From Candidatus Binatia bacterium (GTDB taxonomy: Bacteria; Methylomirabilota; Methylomirabilia; Rokubacteriales; CSP1-6): a stretch of DNA of 64,000 bases. The notes below the pieces were generated by a model. It searched no databases and was not told the DNA's origin. It was given only the letters and a program-made list of their open reading frames with translations. Where the stretch lies: assembly GCA_035635995.1 (NCBI GenBank), contig DASPZZ010000273.1, positions 1,190 through 65,189 on the forward strand, written 5' to 3'. Below, one piece after another: positions 27,921-36,820 of the stretch (its first letter is position 1; each line of letters opens with the position of its first letter). Position numbers and translations under genes: made by a program.

Positions 27921-28415
27921 ATGCCGAGCATCGACGAGTACGCGCGGCGTCCCCGCGAGGAGAGGCTGGCGCGGATCGGACGGACGCCGGATGAGCTGGC
28001 GGACGCGGTGCGGGGGGCCGACGCAGCCGTTCTCGCGCGCCGACCGGCTCCGAAGAGCTGGGCCGCGACGGAGGTGATCTGCCACCTGCGCGACAACGAG
28101 GAGTGGTTCCTCGAGCGCATGCGGCTCATCGTGGAGATGGACCTGCCGCGGTTCGTCGCCACCAACCCCGATCGCTGGGCGGACGAGCGGCAGTACCTCA
28201 CCAACGACGCCGCCGCGGCGCTCGCGGCGTTCGCCCGGCGACGCCGAGAGACCCTCGAGTTCCTGCGGCCGCTCGGGCGCGACGCGTGGGCGCGCGCCGG
28301 CGTGCACGTCGACTCGCGCGGGCGGCGGACGATCGACGAGTTCCTGTCGGTGATGGCGTGGCACGACGACAACCACCTCGATCAGCTCAGACGCGCGCTG
28401 GACGGTCGCGCGTGA
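27921..28415 (+). CDS. DinB-family (DinB_2-like) metal-dependent protein
   Basis: Track ORF of 164 aa with His-containing helices (VICHLRDNEEWFLERM, VMAWHDDNHLDQL) typical of the DinB four-helix bundle. Confidence 0.8.
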   Translation: MPSIDEYARRPREERLARIGRTPDELADAVRGADAAVLARRPAPKSWAATEVICHLRDNEEWFLERMRLIVEMDLPRFVATNPDRWADERQYLTNDAAAALAAFARRRRETLEFLRPLGRDAWARAGVHVDSRGRRTIDEFLSVMAWHDDNHLDQLRRALDGRA

Positions 28416-29562
28416 GGGCCTCCCGCATGCGGTCGAGCGCCTGCGTGAGCATCGAGCGGGGACAGCCGAAGTTGAGCCGGACGAATCCCGCGCCGCCCGG
28501 ACCGAACAAGAACCCGTCGTTCAGCGCGACCCGCGCTCGCTCGAGAAAGAACGTGAACGGGTCGGCGCCCGCGCTCCCGGCGCTCCGACAGTCGAGCCAG
28601 GCCAGATAGGTCGCCTCGGGCGGGGCGACCGTCACGCCGGGCAGACGGGTCCGCACGTACTCGGCCACGAAGTCGCGGTTGGCTTCGAGATACCGCAGGA
28701 GCTCGTCGAGCCACGGCTGGCCGTCGCGGTAGGCGGCGAAGGCCGCGGTGTAGCCGAACACGTTGACCGTCTGCACGAGGTCGACGCGCCCGGCGACGAA
28801 CTTCTCCCGCAGTGCGGCGTTGGGGATGACGGCGACCGAGCACTTGAGCCCCGCCAGGTTGAAGGTCTTGCTCGGCGCCATGAGGGTGATCGTTCGCTCG
28901 CCGATCTCCGGGTCGAGCGACGCGATGGGCGTGTGGCGGTGGCCCGCGAGCGTCAGCTCGCAGTGGATCTCGTCGGCGACGATCGCGAGGCCGCGGCGCA
29001 GGCAAACCTGCGCCAGCCGCTCGAGCTCGTCGCGCGTGAAGACCCGACCGACGGGGTTGTGCGGGTTGCAGAGCAGGAAGAAGCGCGTGCGGTCACGGAT
29101 CGCCGCGGCGAACGCGTCGACGTCGACCTCGTAGCGCCCGTCGGGCCGGCGCGCCAGCGGCGCCTCCTCGCGGGTGAGGCCGATGCTGCTGGCGGCCCGG
29201 AGGATGGGCGGGTACACGGGCGTCTGTAAGATCAGCCCGTCGCCGGGGGCCGCGAGCACGCGGCCGGCCACGTTGAACCCCGGGATCACGCCCGGAATGA
29301 GCACCACCGCCTCCGGTGACACGTGCCAGCCGTAGCGCTTGAGCAGCCGATCCGCGAACAGCTCGTGGAACTCCGGCTGCTCGAACGCCAGATAGCCGAA
29401 GACGCCGTGGTCGACGCGCGCGCGCAGGGCGCGGATCACCGGTTCGGCGGACTGGAAATCCATGTCCGCGACCCAGAGCGGCAGGACGTCGGGACCGTAC
29501 TTCTGCCACTTGGAGCTGTCCGTGTGCCGACGGTCGATCGGACGATCGAAGTCGTAGGTCAT
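28387..29562 (-). CDS. MalY/PatB-family PLP-dependent C-S lyase (cystathionine beta-lyase-like aminotransferase)
   Basis: Track ORF of 391 aa: MTYDFDRPIDRRHTDSSKWQKYG...LPLWVADMDF..., LLCNPHNPVGRVF, APSKTFNLAGL (PLP lysine context). Confidence 0.85.
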   Translation of the reverse strand: MTYDFDRPIDRRHTDSSKWQKYGPDVLPLWVADMDFQSAEPVIRALRARVDHGVFGYLAFEQPEFHELFADRLLKRYGWHVSPEAVVLIPGVIPGFNVAGRVLAAPGDGLILQTPVYPPILRAASSIGLTREEAPLARRPDGRYEVDVDAFAAAIRDRTRFFLLCNPHNPVGRVFTRDELERLAQVCLRRGLAIVADEIHCELTLAGHRHTPIASLDPEIGERTITLMAPSKTFNLAGLKCSVAVIPNAALREKFVAGRVDLVQTVNVFGYTAAFAAYRDGQPWLDELLRYLEANRDFVAEYVRTRLPGVTVAPPEATYLAWLDCRSAGSAGADPFTFFLERARVALNDGFLFGPGGAGFVRLNFGCPRSMLTQALDRMREALTRDRPARV

Positions 29563-29604
29563 GGCCGTTCACGTTATCATGCTCGGGCGAAAAGGAGGCG
29601 ACCC

Positions 29605-30645
29605 ATGCCAATGCGAATCGGGATCATCGGAGCCGGAGCCATCGGAAGCGTCGTGGGCGGGATGCTGACGAAGGCCGGGCACGACGTGACGCTCATCGAC
29701 CAGTGGCCGGAGCACGTGGAGGCGATGCGGAAGAACGGCCTCCGCCTCAGCGGGACCTGCGGCGACCACACGATCCGCGTCAAGGCGCTCCACATCTACG
29801 AGGCCCAGGCCATCAGCGAGCCCTTCGACGCGGTCTTCATCTCCGTCAAGTCGTACGACACCGAGTGGGCGACGTCGCTGGGCATCCAGTACCTCAAGAA
29901 GCCGAACGGCGTGGTGGTCGACTTCCAGAACGGGATCAACGACGAGCGCGTGGCCGCGATCGCCGGCCGCGAGCGCACGCTCGGCAGCGTGATCACGATC
30001 GGCGCCGGGATGTACGAGCCCGGCCACGCGATGCGCACGGACACCGGCGCGATCGGCTTCAAGATCGGGGAGCTGGACGGCAAGGACACCGAGCGCGCCC
30101 GCGAGCTGGCCAAGCTCATGAGCGACGTCGCGGTGGCCAAGGTCACGACGAACCTCTTCGGCGAGCGGTGGTCGAAGCTCACGGTGAACTGCATGGCGAA
30201 CCCGCTGGCGGGGCTCTCGGGCCTCGGCACCGCCGAGGTGCGCACCCAGTCCGGGCCGCGCCGCATCGCGATCTTCGTCGGCGGCGAGGTCGTGAAGGTA
30301 GGGCGCGCCTGCGGCTACGAGGTCGAGCCCATCTACGGCATCGTCGCGCAGCGGTTCGTCGACGCGTCGGAGGGGCGCGGGTTCGCCGAGGTCGAGGCGG
30401 ACGTCGCCGCCGAGGGCCAGCGGCGCGGCGGCGGGCGGCCCTCGCTCCTGCAGGACGTCATGCGCGGGCGTCGCACCGAGATCGACTACCTCAACGGCTA
30501 CGTCTGCGAGCAGGGGCGGCGCCGGGGAGTGAAGACGCCCGTCAACGACGCCGTCGTGGAGGCGGTCCGCAGCTACGGCGTGGGCAAGCTCAAGCCCGAC
30601 CCGAAGAACCTCGAGCCGATCCTGAAAATCCTGCCCAACTACTAG
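29605..30645 (+). CDS. 2-dehydropantoate 2-reductase family (ApbA/PanE-like) oxidoreductase
   Basis: Internal Met of track ORF 29323..30645, preceded by AAAGGAGG. MPMRIGIIGAGAIGSVVGG (Rossmann GxGxxG), ...LLQDVMRGRRTEIDYLNG... Confidence 0.85.
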   Translation: MPMRIGIIGAGAIGSVVGGMLTKAGHDVTLIDQWPEHVEAMRKNGLRLSGTCGDHTIRVKALHIYEAQAISEPFDAVFISVKSYDTEWATSLGIQYLKKPNGVVVDFQNGINDERVAAIAGRERTLGSVITIGAGMYEPGHAMRTDTGAIGFKIGELDGKDTERARELAKLMSDVAVAKVTTNLFGERWSKLTVNCMANPLAGLSGLGTAEVRTQSGPRRIAIFVGGEVVKVGRACGYEVEPIYGIVAQRFVDASEGRGFAEVEADVAAEGQRRGGGRPSLLQDVMRGRRTEIDYLNGYVCEQGRRRGVKTPVNDAVVEAVRSYGVGKLKPDPKNLEPILKILPNY

Positions 30646-30651
30646 CGACAT

Positions 30652-30714
30652 GGGGGGCCTCGACGGGCCCCCCAAGCCCCCCGCGCTCGGAGACGCCCCG
30701 GCAATAGCCGGGGC
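30652..30714. terminator. two GC-rich hairpins between convergent genes (candidate bidirectional terminators)
   Basis: GGGGGGCC-tcgac-GGGCCCCCC (30652-30673) and GCCCCGGC-aata-GCCGGGGC (30695-30714). No U-tract. Confidence 0.4.
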
Positions 30715-30761
30715 GCCCCTCGAAATGCTCCGACAGACTCAGTCGGCGTCGCCGGCCCACG

Positions 30762-31126
30762 TCAGGCGATGAAGTCGGCGGGCGAGACTGCCGTCGATGG
30801 AAATGCGGGGAGGACTTCCCGGTCGGCGGTGACGAATGGGGCGCCCAGGTCCTGGGCTAGGCCGACGAACTCGCAGTCACGGGCTGGGACGCTACGCTGT
30901 ACTCTCCACCGACCATCCGGTGTTCGGCCTCGTGAGCGATTCGGATCGCGTCGTCGAGATCGATCTCACGCCGGCGGACCAGCCCCGCCAGAGTGTTGCG
31001 GAACTCCGATCGCCAAAGGAGCGGCGCCACCCACACGGGGTCCCGCACCAGCACCGCCTCGGCCTGCGCGGTGCGCTGGCCTCTCACGTAGAGGTAGACA
31101 AGAAGATTCGTGTCGGCGACGATCAC
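30762..31126 (-). pseudogene. vapC: frameshifted PIN-domain toxin VapC
   Basis: Track ORF 30857..31126(-) gives MIVADTNLLVYLY...AHEAEHRMVGGEYSVASQPVTASSSA*. The canonical C-terminus DCEFVGLAQDLGAPFVTADREVLPAFPSTAVSPADFIA* is readable in another frame down to TGA 30764-30762. The 365-nt span is not a multiple of 3. Confidence 0.7.
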
Positions 31127-31365
31127 GGTCGCCCGGCGGCCTTCAGACGCGCGAGAGACCGATCAGTGAGTCGTGAGCGTGCCGGCGTCCGCCGGATCTC
31201 CCGGACGCGAGCCAGGAGCAGCTCCGTGTCCACCGGTGTAGCCCGGACAAGCGTTTCCAGGCAGGCGATGACCTCGAGGTTGAGGCTGCGGCGGTGCAGG
31301 GCGGCGCGGGCCTTGAGTCGGCGGACCACAGGCGCCGGAACGTTCTTGATCGTGAGATTGGCCAT
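31123..31365 (-). CDS. vapB: ribbon-helix-helix antitoxin (VapB/FitA-like)
   Basis: Internal Met of track ORF 31123..31416(-): MANLTIKNVPAPVVRRLKARAALHRRSLNLEVIACLE..., 80 aa. ATGA overlap with vapC. Confidence 0.75.
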   Translation of the reverse strand: MANLTIKNVPAPVVRRLKARAALHRRSLNLEVIACLETLVRATPVDTELLLARVREIRRTPARSRLTDRSLARLKAAGRP

Positions 31366-31468
31366 CCGATCCCTCCGATGTATCCAATGTGGTACCAAAA
31401 TGGAACCACCTCCCACGATACCCGGGAGATCGCGGCAGCGTCAAACGCCGGTGTGCCGTGCGCGTCGC

Positions 31469-32518
31469 TTACGCGAACGCGAAGAACCCCTTGCCCGTCG
31501 TCTGCGTGTCGAAGAGCCGGTACGCCTCGTCCGCCTGGTCGAGCGTGAAGCGATGGGTGAGGAGGCGGTCGAGCGGGATCCGACGGTCCGCGACGAAGCG
31601 CGCGCACTCCGCCTGGCCGATGCTCGAGAAGGTCCACGAGGCGTGGATCGTGAGCTGCTTGCGGATCATGTCCTGGCTGATGTCGAAGGTCGTCGTGTTG
31701 CCCTCGCCGACGAAGCCGACCCGGCCCCACGTCGCGGCGCTCCGCACCGCGGCGACGCGCGCGTCGGGATTGCCCGTGCAGTCGAGCGCGGCCTCGACGC
31801 CCTCGCCGTGCGTCAGCTCGCGGAGCGCCGCGACCGGGTCCGTCGCGCGCGCGTTGACGACGGCCTCGGCGCCGAATTCCCGGCCGAGGGCCAGGCGCTC
31901 GGGGGCGACGTCGATCGCGATCACGCGCGCGCCCATCGCGCGCCCGAGCATCGTGGCGCTGAGCCCGACCGGGCCCTGGCCGAAGACGGCGAGCGTGTCG
32001 CGGCCGGACACGTCCAGCCGCTTCAAGGCACCGTAGGCGGTGCCGGTCCCGCACGAGATCGCCGCCCCGGCCGCGAAGCCGAGCGACTCCGGGAGCGGCA
32101 CGAGCGTGTACGCCGGCACGCTGATGAACGGGGCGTGACCGCCGTGCCCCGTCATGCCGTAGACGACGATCCCCTGGCGGCAGAGCTGCGACCAGCCGAC
32201 GCGGCAGTGCTTGCAGCGCCCGCATCCCTTGTAGTGATGGATCATCACGCGCTGGCCGGTCGGCGCGTCGGCCTCGCTGACGCCGGGGCCGCGCTCGGCG
32301 ACGACGCCGCATGGCTCGTGGCCGGCGACGACGGGTCCACTGCCGGCGCCCAGGCCCAGGGCCGCGGCGGCGTTGCCGGCCGCGCGATAGGGGTGCAGGT
32401 CGCTCCCGCACATACCGGACGCCTTCATGGCGACGACCACGTCGCCGGGGCCTGGCGTGGGATCGGGGAAGTCACGCAGCTCGAGCTTCCGGTTGCCGAG
32501 GAAAACTACGCCACGCAT
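31469..32518 (-). CDS. zinc-dependent alcohol dehydrogenase family protein (MDR)
   Basis: Internal Met of track ORF 31469..32902(-), preceded by GGGAGGGG: MRGVVFLGNRKLELRDFPDP..., GMCGSDLH, GHEPCGVV, CGRCKHCRVG (structural Zn), GQGPVGL (NAD binding). Confidence 0.9.
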   Translation of the reverse strand: MRGVVFLGNRKLELRDFPDPTPGPGDVVVAMKASGMCGSDLHPYRAAGNAAAALGLGAGSGPVVAGHEPCGVVAERGPGVSEADAPTGQRVMIHHYKGCGRCKHCRVGWSQLCRQGIVVYGMTGHGGHAPFISVPAYTLVPLPESLGFAAGAAISCGTGTAYGALKRLDVSGRDTLAVFGQGPVGLSATMLGRAMGARVIAIDVAPERLALGREFGAEAVVNARATDPVAALRELTHGEGVEAALDCTGNPDARVAAVRSAATWGRVGFVGEGNTTTFDISQDMIRKQLTIHASWTFSSIGQAECARFVADRRIPLDRLLTHRFTLDQADEAYRLFDTQTTGKGFFAFA

Positions 32519-32624
32519 ACGCCCCTCCCTTGCGGCTACCCTATCACCGTTCTTCATAGGCTTGCCTCGGACGGCGGAGCCCCAGCCCCGCGTCGTCCCG
32601 TGGCACACACGACAGGAGCCCGTC

Positions 32625-33491
32625 ATGCAGACGATCAAGCTCGGCGAGGTGACGATTTCCCGCGTGATCGAGATCGACCGCTCGTCGTTCCCGACCGCGT
32701 CCATGTTGCCCGACTCGACCGCCGACGCGATCGCCGCGCACCACCACTGGCTCAAGCCGCACTTCTTCGACGAGCGGACGGGCGACCTCGCCTCGCGCAT
32801 CCAGACGTACGTCGTGCGAACGCCCCGCCACACGATCGTCATCGACACGGGCGTCGGCAACGGCAAGACGCGCGCCGGCGCGCCGGCCTGGCACTTGCGC
32901 AACAGCTCCTATCTCGACGACCTCACCGCGGTCGGCGTCAGGCCCGAGCAGGTGGACTTCGTCCTGTGCACCCACCTGCACGTCGACCACGTGGGCTGGA
33001 ACACGCGCTGGATCGATGGGCGTTGGGTCCCGACCTTTCCCAGGGCGAAGTACGTCATCGCCGGCGCGGAGTGGGAGTTCTGGAAGTACGAGAGCGACGC
33101 CGGCAAGGAGGAATCGGGGTGCATCGCCGACAGTGTCGTACCGGTGGTCGAGGCCGGCCAGGCGCTGCTCGTCGACAGCGACTTCAAGGTCGACGAGTAC
33201 CTCCGCTTCGAGCCGTGGATCGGCCACACCCCGGGCCACGTCTGCGTCCGGCTCACCACTGCGGCGGGAGCCGCCGTCTTCTCGGGCGATCTCATGCACC
33301 GGACCGTGCAGGTGGCCGAGCCCCAGTGGTCGAGCCGCTTCTGCTACGACCCGGCCCAGGCGCGCGCGACGCGGCGCGCGTTCGTCGAGCGCCATGCCGA
33401 CTCCGGGACGCTGATCCTGGCCGGGCACTTCCCGCAGCCGGGCTTCATCGTCCGGGAGGGCGGCGGCTACCGTTTCACGCCGGCTGCGTAG
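32625..33491 (+). CDS. MBL-fold metallo-hydrolase (lactonase-like)
   Basis: Internal Met of track ORF 32427..33491, preceded by ACAGGAG. The THLHVDHVGW motif (HxHxDH) is present, and GHTPGH lies downstream. Confidence 0.85.
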   Translation: MQTIKLGEVTISRVIEIDRSSFPTASMLPDSTADAIAAHHHWLKPHFFDERTGDLASRIQTYVVRTPRHTIVIDTGVGNGKTRAGAPAWHLRNSSYLDDLTAVGVRPEQVDFVLCTHLHVDHVGWNTRWIDGRWVPTFPRAKYVIAGAEWEFWKYESDAGKEESGCIADSVVPVVEAGQALLVDSDFKVDEYLRFEPWIGHTPGHVCVRLTTAAGAAVFSGDLMHRTVQVAEPQWSSRFCYDPAQARATRRAFVERHADSGTLILAGHFPQPGFIVREGGGYRFTPAA

Positions 33492-34108
33492 ACGCGCGTG
33501 CTCTGGTACTCGAACTCGTAGGGTTCGCGCGTTGTGATCTCTTCGACCGCAAAGCCCGCGCCTTCCAGGTAGGTCGCCATTTCGGCGGGTTGATAGAGCG
33601 TGGCGTCGATCGAGACGCCACGGCCGAACCAGTTGTCGGCGTGGACCGCGCCCTCACCGCCGTGAAATGCCAGCATGAGAAGGCCCCCGGAGATCAGGAC
33701 GCGCGCCAGCTCCCCGAGCGCGCTCTCCACTGCGGAGCGCTCGAGGTGGATCAGCGAGTAGAAGGCGACGATCCCGGCCAGCGACGCGTCGGGCAGCTCC
33801 AGCGCGCGCAGGTCACCCTGCTGAAACCTCATTGTCGGATTCAGCTCGCGCGCCAGGGCCACCATGGCGGGTGAGAGGTCCAGACCGAAGACGTCCACGC
33901 CCCGCTCGGTGAGATAGCGGCCCACGTGACCCGGTCCGCAGCCGACGTCGCAGACGCGGCCGCGTCCTCGCACGCGTGCGGCGAAGCGATCGAGCAGCTC
34001 GCGGTCGAACGGCTTCCGCTCAAGCTCGTCGAAGAACTGCTCGGCGTACGGCCGCGCGACCTGGTCGTACATCCCGGGCAGGTCGGGATTCCAGTGCCGC
34101 GGCGGCAC
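33467..34108 (-). CDS. class I SAM-dependent methyltransferase
   Basis: Track ORF of 213 aa with motif I VCDVGCGPGHVG and the post-I motif VFGLDLSPAMV. Confidence 0.85.
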   Translation of the reverse strand: MPPRHWNPDLPGMYDQVARPYAEQFFDELERKPFDRELLDRFAARVRGRGRVCDVGCGPGHVGRYLTERGVDVFGLDLSPAMVALARELNPTMRFQQGDLRALELPDASLAGIVAFYSLIHLERSAVESALGELARVLISGGLLMLAFHGGEGAVHADNWFGRGVSIDATLYQPAEMATYLEGAGFAVEEITTREPYEFEYQSTRVYAAGVKR

Positions 34109-34109
34109 C

Positions 34110-34633
34110 TCAGGAAGCGAGCTGGGGTTTCCGGTCGAACCAGGGGCGCGCGGCTTCGAGCTGCGCGGCGAGACGGAAGAGCGTCGCCTCGTCGCCGTAC
34201 CGCGCGACCAGCTGGACCGCGACCGGCAACCCCTGGGGTGATCGGCCGAGTGGCAGCATCATGGCGGGCTGACCGCTGAGATTGAACCACACGGTGAAGG
34301 GCGAGAACGCGAAGACGCGCCGCCAGTACTCGTCCACGTCGTCCATCATCATGTCGAGCCAGCCGAGCTTCACCGGCAGGGTCGCGAGCCCCGGCGTGAG
34401 AACGGTCCGTCCGGCAGACCCGCGCCGATCGCCACTCGCCCGTAGTCGTAGAGGGGTATCGTCACGGCGTTGACGGCGGGGTTGCGCGCCTCGACGCGCT
34501 GGATCGCGGCCTGCAGGAGATCGCCCGGCGAGACCTGGCGCCGGCGCACGAGCTCGGCGAGACCGAGCGCGTCGTACCGCTCGTAGTCGGCGAATCCGCT
34601 CACGTTCCTGTCCGCCGCCTCATCGGAGGCCAT
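34110..34633 (-). pseudogene. amidase (amidase-signature family) remnant with large internal deletion
   Basis: N-terminal about 75 codons (MASDEAADRNVSGFADYERYDALGLAELVRRRQVSPGDLLQAAIQRVEARNPAVNAV...LPDGPF) come from track ORF 34370..34711(-). The C-terminal about 90 codons (...FTVWFNLSGQPAMMLPLGRSPQGLPVAVQLVARYGDEATLFRLAAQLE) come from ORF 34110..34373(-). They are in different frames, and the catalytic core (about 300 aa in normal amidases) is missing. Confidence 0.7.
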
Positions 34634-34667
34634 GTTAGCCGAGGCGCGGCGCGAGGGGCCAGGCATA

Positions 34668-35966
34668 ATGAGGCGGCTCATGAGCGACATCCAGGAGACC
34701 ACGGGCCACACTCACAATCCCCTCGTCCGCTACTTCAGGCTTCTGGGGCCCGGCCTCGTCACCGGCGCGTCGGACGACGATCCAAGCGGGATCACGACCT
34801 ATTCCGTCGCCGGCGCGTCGCTGGGCTACGGGATGCTCTGGACGGCGCTCGCGACGCTTCCCCTGATGGCGGCCGTGCAGCTCATCTGCGCGCGGATCGG
34901 CCTCGTCACGGGCCGCGGCCTGGCCGGGGTGATCCGCCGTCACTACCCGCGCCCGTTCCTCTACACCGCGTGTCTGCTGCTGCTGGTCGCCAACGTCTTC
35001 AACATCGCCGCCGACCTCGCGGGCATGGCGGACGCCGCCCGCCTGATCACCGGGGTGCCGTCGCTCGTCTCCGTCCCGGTGTTCGGGCTCGCCATTCTCC
35101 TCGTCACCGTCTATTCGACGTACGCGCGCTTCGCTCAGTATCTCAAGTGGCTGACCGGCGTGCTGTTCGCGTACATCGTCGCCGCGTTTCTCGCCAAACC
35201 CGACTGGCGGCAGGTCGCCGTCGCGACCGTCGTGCCGAGCCTGCGCTGGGACGCGCTCTACGTCACGACGCTCGTGGCCGTGCTCGGCACGACCATCTCA
35301 CCCTATCTCTTCTTCTGGCAGGCGTCCCAGGAAGTGGAGGAAGAGAAGGCCCGTGGCAAACGGACGGTGACCCAGCGTCGCGGCGCGACGGCGCACGAGC
35401 TGCGTGACGCGCGGCTCGACGTCTTCACCGGAATGTTCTTTTCGAACCTCGTCATGTACTTCATCATGCTCGCGACGGGTGCGACGCTCTACCGCGCCGG
35501 AGGCTCCGAGATCGAAACCGCGCGCCAGGCGGCCGAGGCGCTCCGGCCGCTTGCCGGCGACGGAGCGTATCTCCTCTTCACGCTCGGGCTGATGGGCACG
35601 GGACTGCTCGCCGTGCCGGTGCTGGCGGGGTCGGCGTCCTTTGCCGTCGCCGAAGTCTTCGGCTGGCGCTCGGGGCTCGATCTCTCGCCCCGCCGCGGCC
35701 GGCGCTTCTACCTGGTGTTCGCCGGCGCCGTGGCCACCGGCATGCTGCTGAACCTCGCCGGGACGAACCCGATCCGCATGCTGTTTCTCTGCGCCCTCCT
35801 CAACGGGCTCCTGGCGCCGCCGCTCCTCCTGCTCGTCATGCTCGTCAGTAACAATCGGGCCATCATGGGCGAGCACGCGAACGGTCCGTGGCTCAACCTC
35901 CTCGGCTGGTCGGCGACGATCGTCATGTCGGTCGCGGCGGCCGCCTTCTTCGCGATCTCGCTGTGA
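34668..35966 (+). CDS. NRAMP-family metal transporter, non-canonical metal-site variant
   Basis: Track ORF 34632..35966. Start is uncertain (34668 MRRLMS or 34680 MSDIQ). NRAMP fold pattern (LGPGLVTGASDDDPSGITTYSVAGA; VLGTTISPYLFFWQAS), with DPSG in place of DPGN and no Met in the TM6 motif. Confidence 0.85.
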   Translation: MRRLMSDIQETTGHTHNPLVRYFRLLGPGLVTGASDDDPSGITTYSVAGASLGYGMLWTALATLPLMAAVQLICARIGLVTGRGLAGVIRRHYPRPFLYTACLLLLVANVFNIAADLAGMADAARLITGVPSLVSVPVFGLAILLVTVYSTYARFAQYLKWLTGVLFAYIVAAFLAKPDWRQVAVATVVPSLRWDALYVTTLVAVLGTTISPYLFFWQASQEVEEEKARGKRTVTQRRGATAHELRDARLDVFTGMFFSNLVMYFIMLATGATLYRAGGSEIETARQAAEALRPLAGDGAYLLFTLGLMGTGLLAVPVLAGSASFAVAEVFGWRSGLDLSPRRGRRFYLVFAGAVATGMLLNLAGTNPIRMLFLCALLNGLLAPPLLLLVMLVSNNRAIMGEHANGPWLNLLGWSATIVMSVAAAAFFAISL

Positions 35967-35979
35967 CGAGGCCATCGGC

Positions 35980-36498
35980 GTGAACGATCGGTCCGCGCTC
36001 CTCGTGATCGGCGCGGTCTCGCTCGCGGTCGTCCTGCTCGTCGGCTACCTGCTCCTCGGCCACCGGCCGGAGACCGGCGGCACGTCCGCGGTGGCCGCCC
36101 TGCCGCTCCTGAACGCCTGTCTCAACGCGACGAGCGCCGCGCTGCTCAGCGCCGGCTGGATCTTCATCCGACGCCGCCGGGTCACCGCGCACAAGACGTG
36201 CATGGTGTCGGCCCTCGCCGTCTCCACCCTGTTTCTCGTCTCGTACGTGACCTATCACGCGCTCGCCGGCTCGCGGCCCTTCGGAGGGCAGGGCTGGATC
36301 CGCCTCGTCTACTTCCCGCTGCTCGTCTCGCACATCGTCCTGGCCGCGGCGATCGTGCCGCTGGCGCTCACGACCATCTACCGCGCGCTCCAGGGCAACT
36401 TCGCCCGGCACGTGCGGATCGCCCGCTGGACGCTCCCGATCTGGCTCTACGTGTCGGTCACCGGCGTGGTCGTCTACTGGATGCTCTACCGGCTCTGA
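35980..36498 (+). CDS. DUF420-family membrane protein
   Basis: Track ORF of 172 aa (GTG start) with 4 TM helices and the pattern LNACLNATSAALLSAGWIFIRRRRVTAHKTCM...HIVLAAAIVPLAL...H..IARWTLPIWLYVSVTGVVVY. Confidence 0.7.
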   Translation: MNDRSALLVIGAVSLAVVLLVGYLLLGHRPETGGTSAVAALPLLNACLNATSAALLSAGWIFIRRRRVTAHKTCMVSALAVSTLFLVSYVTYHALAGSRPFGGQGWIRLVYFPLLVSHIVLAAAIVPLALTTIYRALQGNFARHVRIARWTLPIWLYVSVTGVVVYWMLYRL

Positions 36499-36820
36499 GT
36501 GGCGCGTGAGCACTCGCCGGGGCGACCCGCGAATGGGCAGGCGCCGAGGCCACTCTCAACGTGATTGGTAAGGCCTGATCACGTGGCGCGTCGAGCGGCT
36601 GCTCGATGACAGCGAGCGCCCGAGCCCGTCGCCCTTGAGTGACCAGCTCACGCGGCGGTAGCTGGTCTACCCTTTCCCGGTTTATCCGGAAACCGTCGCG
36701 AGCGGCGAAGGGCAGCACTGACTCGAAAATGATCTGGGCGGTCTAAGACTCTCCAGGCGAGTTCCAGGCCAGCGCCGCCGAAGGTACTGATTTTTCTGGA
36801 ATTCGATTCCGGTATCAGAT

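Noticed and set aside
32889-32898. Sigma-54 promoter-like TGGCAC...TTGC (also TGGCAC at 49370-49375), sought because an NtrC-type activator is encoded in the window.
   Set aside because: At 32889 the TTGC follows TGGCAC directly, which is the wrong spacing, and the site lies inside the MBL hydrolase gene. At 49370 no TTGC is at the correct distance, and the site lies inside the kinase gene. I found no convincing -24/-12 promoter anywhere in the window.
30836-33874. 1012-aa track ORF on the plus strand.
   Set aside because: It runs across four independently supported genes on both strands (vapBC, ADH, MBL hydrolase, methyltransferase). It is Arg/Ala/Gly-rich with no family signature, so I treat it as an open-frame artefact.
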